Virus record (IMG/VR): IMGVR_UViG_3300020044_000898
Coordinates: 1-24,337 of that record
Reading direction: 5' to 3' (one strand)
From: a virus
Lineage: Duplodnaviria > Caudoviricetes
DNA: 24,337 bases
The notes below the pieces were generated by a model, which searched no databases, was not told the DNA's origin, and saw only the letters and a program-made list of their open reading frames with translations. The stretch's first letter is position 1, and each line of letters begins with the position of its first letter. Positions 23,830-24,337 of this stretch are shown here, one piece after another. The translations under genes and the position numbers were made by a program.

Positions 23830-24337
23830 ATGCACTATTACCAATTCAACATTGGCGACTATCAGTCGCACACGGCTCATCTCGAGCCGCTGGAAGACCT
23901 TGCCTACCGCCGCTTGCTCGACTGGTGCTACCTGCACGAGCGTCCACTGCCAGACGACATCGAGCAGATCTCCAAGCTGATCCGCATGCGTTCGCATAGC
24001 GATTGCATTGCGTCCGTACTGCGAGAGTTCTTCGTTTGCACCTCAGAAGGATGGTGGAAAGAGCGCATCAGCAAGGAGATTGAGAAGACCGGGGAGAAGT
24101 CTCGCAAGGCATCCGAAAGCGCAAAGGCCCGTTGGCAAAAGGAAAAGAGTGATGCGAACGCATTGCCAGCGCAATCCGAACGCAATGCTACACAAGACAC
24201 ATTACCCAAGACACAAGACACAAAACCCAAGACACAGAAGAAAGCACCTGCGGTGCTTTGCCCTTCGGGCGTCGATGCCAAGGTGTGGAGTGACTGGTTG
24301 GAGATCCGCAAAGCCAAGGGCCTGCCTCTCACGGAGA
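23830..24337 (+). CDS. DUF1376/YdaU-family replication initiator, 3'-truncated (not in the ORF track)
   Basis: GGAG SD; MHYYQFNIGDYQSHTAHLEPLEDLAYRRLLDWCYLHERPLP...ASESAKARW...VWSDWLEIRKAK; open to the window end. Confidence 0.88.
   Translation, partial: MHYYQFNIGDYQSHTAHLEPLEDLAYRRLLDWCYLHERPLPDDIEQISKLIRMRSHSDCIASVLREFFVCTSEGWWKERISKEIEKTGEKSRKASESAKARWQKEKSDANALPAQSERNATQDTLPKTQDTKPKTQKKAPAVLCPSGVDAKVWSDWLEIRKAKGLPLTE
24110..24240 (+). repeat. Iteron-like repeats within the replication gene; putative origin
   Basis: CAAGACACA at 24193, 24207, 24214 and 24228, preceded by ATCCGAAAGCGCAA, ATGCGAACGCATT and ATCCGAACGCAAT. Confidence 0.55.

Overview
This window is a segment of a tailed dsDNA phage genome with podovirus-like architecture and a Gram-negative host (probably proteobacterial; inference). 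The + strand (1-19379) carries late genes: a 5'-truncated tail fibre, a probable chaperone, and a lysis cassette with five membrane proteins. The cassette includes a T4-T-like GAF holin and a 3TM holin, followed by a GIY-YIG homing endonuclease and a GH24 endolysin. Next come an internal promoter, a head-tail adaptor, a second fibre-like protein, a 1705-aa tail nozzle, four ejection/internal proteins (the last with an SLT domain) and a terminator. The - strand (19480-23395) carries early genes: a DUF2829/Tad2-like protein, a PD-(D/E)xK nuclease, an SSB-like protein and small unknowns. Divergent promoters, a Cro-like gene, a structured leader and a 3'-truncated DUF1376/YdaU replication gene end the window. 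Highlights: (1) the nozzle carries a ~1100-aa insertion of recursively nested beta-domains, where 7 unclosed modules are matched by exactly 7 stacked 13-aa closing strands; (2) an ejection protein carries 7 tandem TonB-box-like motifs; (3) the homing endonuclease sits exactly in the holin/endolysin ATGA overlap and rebuilds the translational coupling. All family calls are by eye from motifs; no searches were run.
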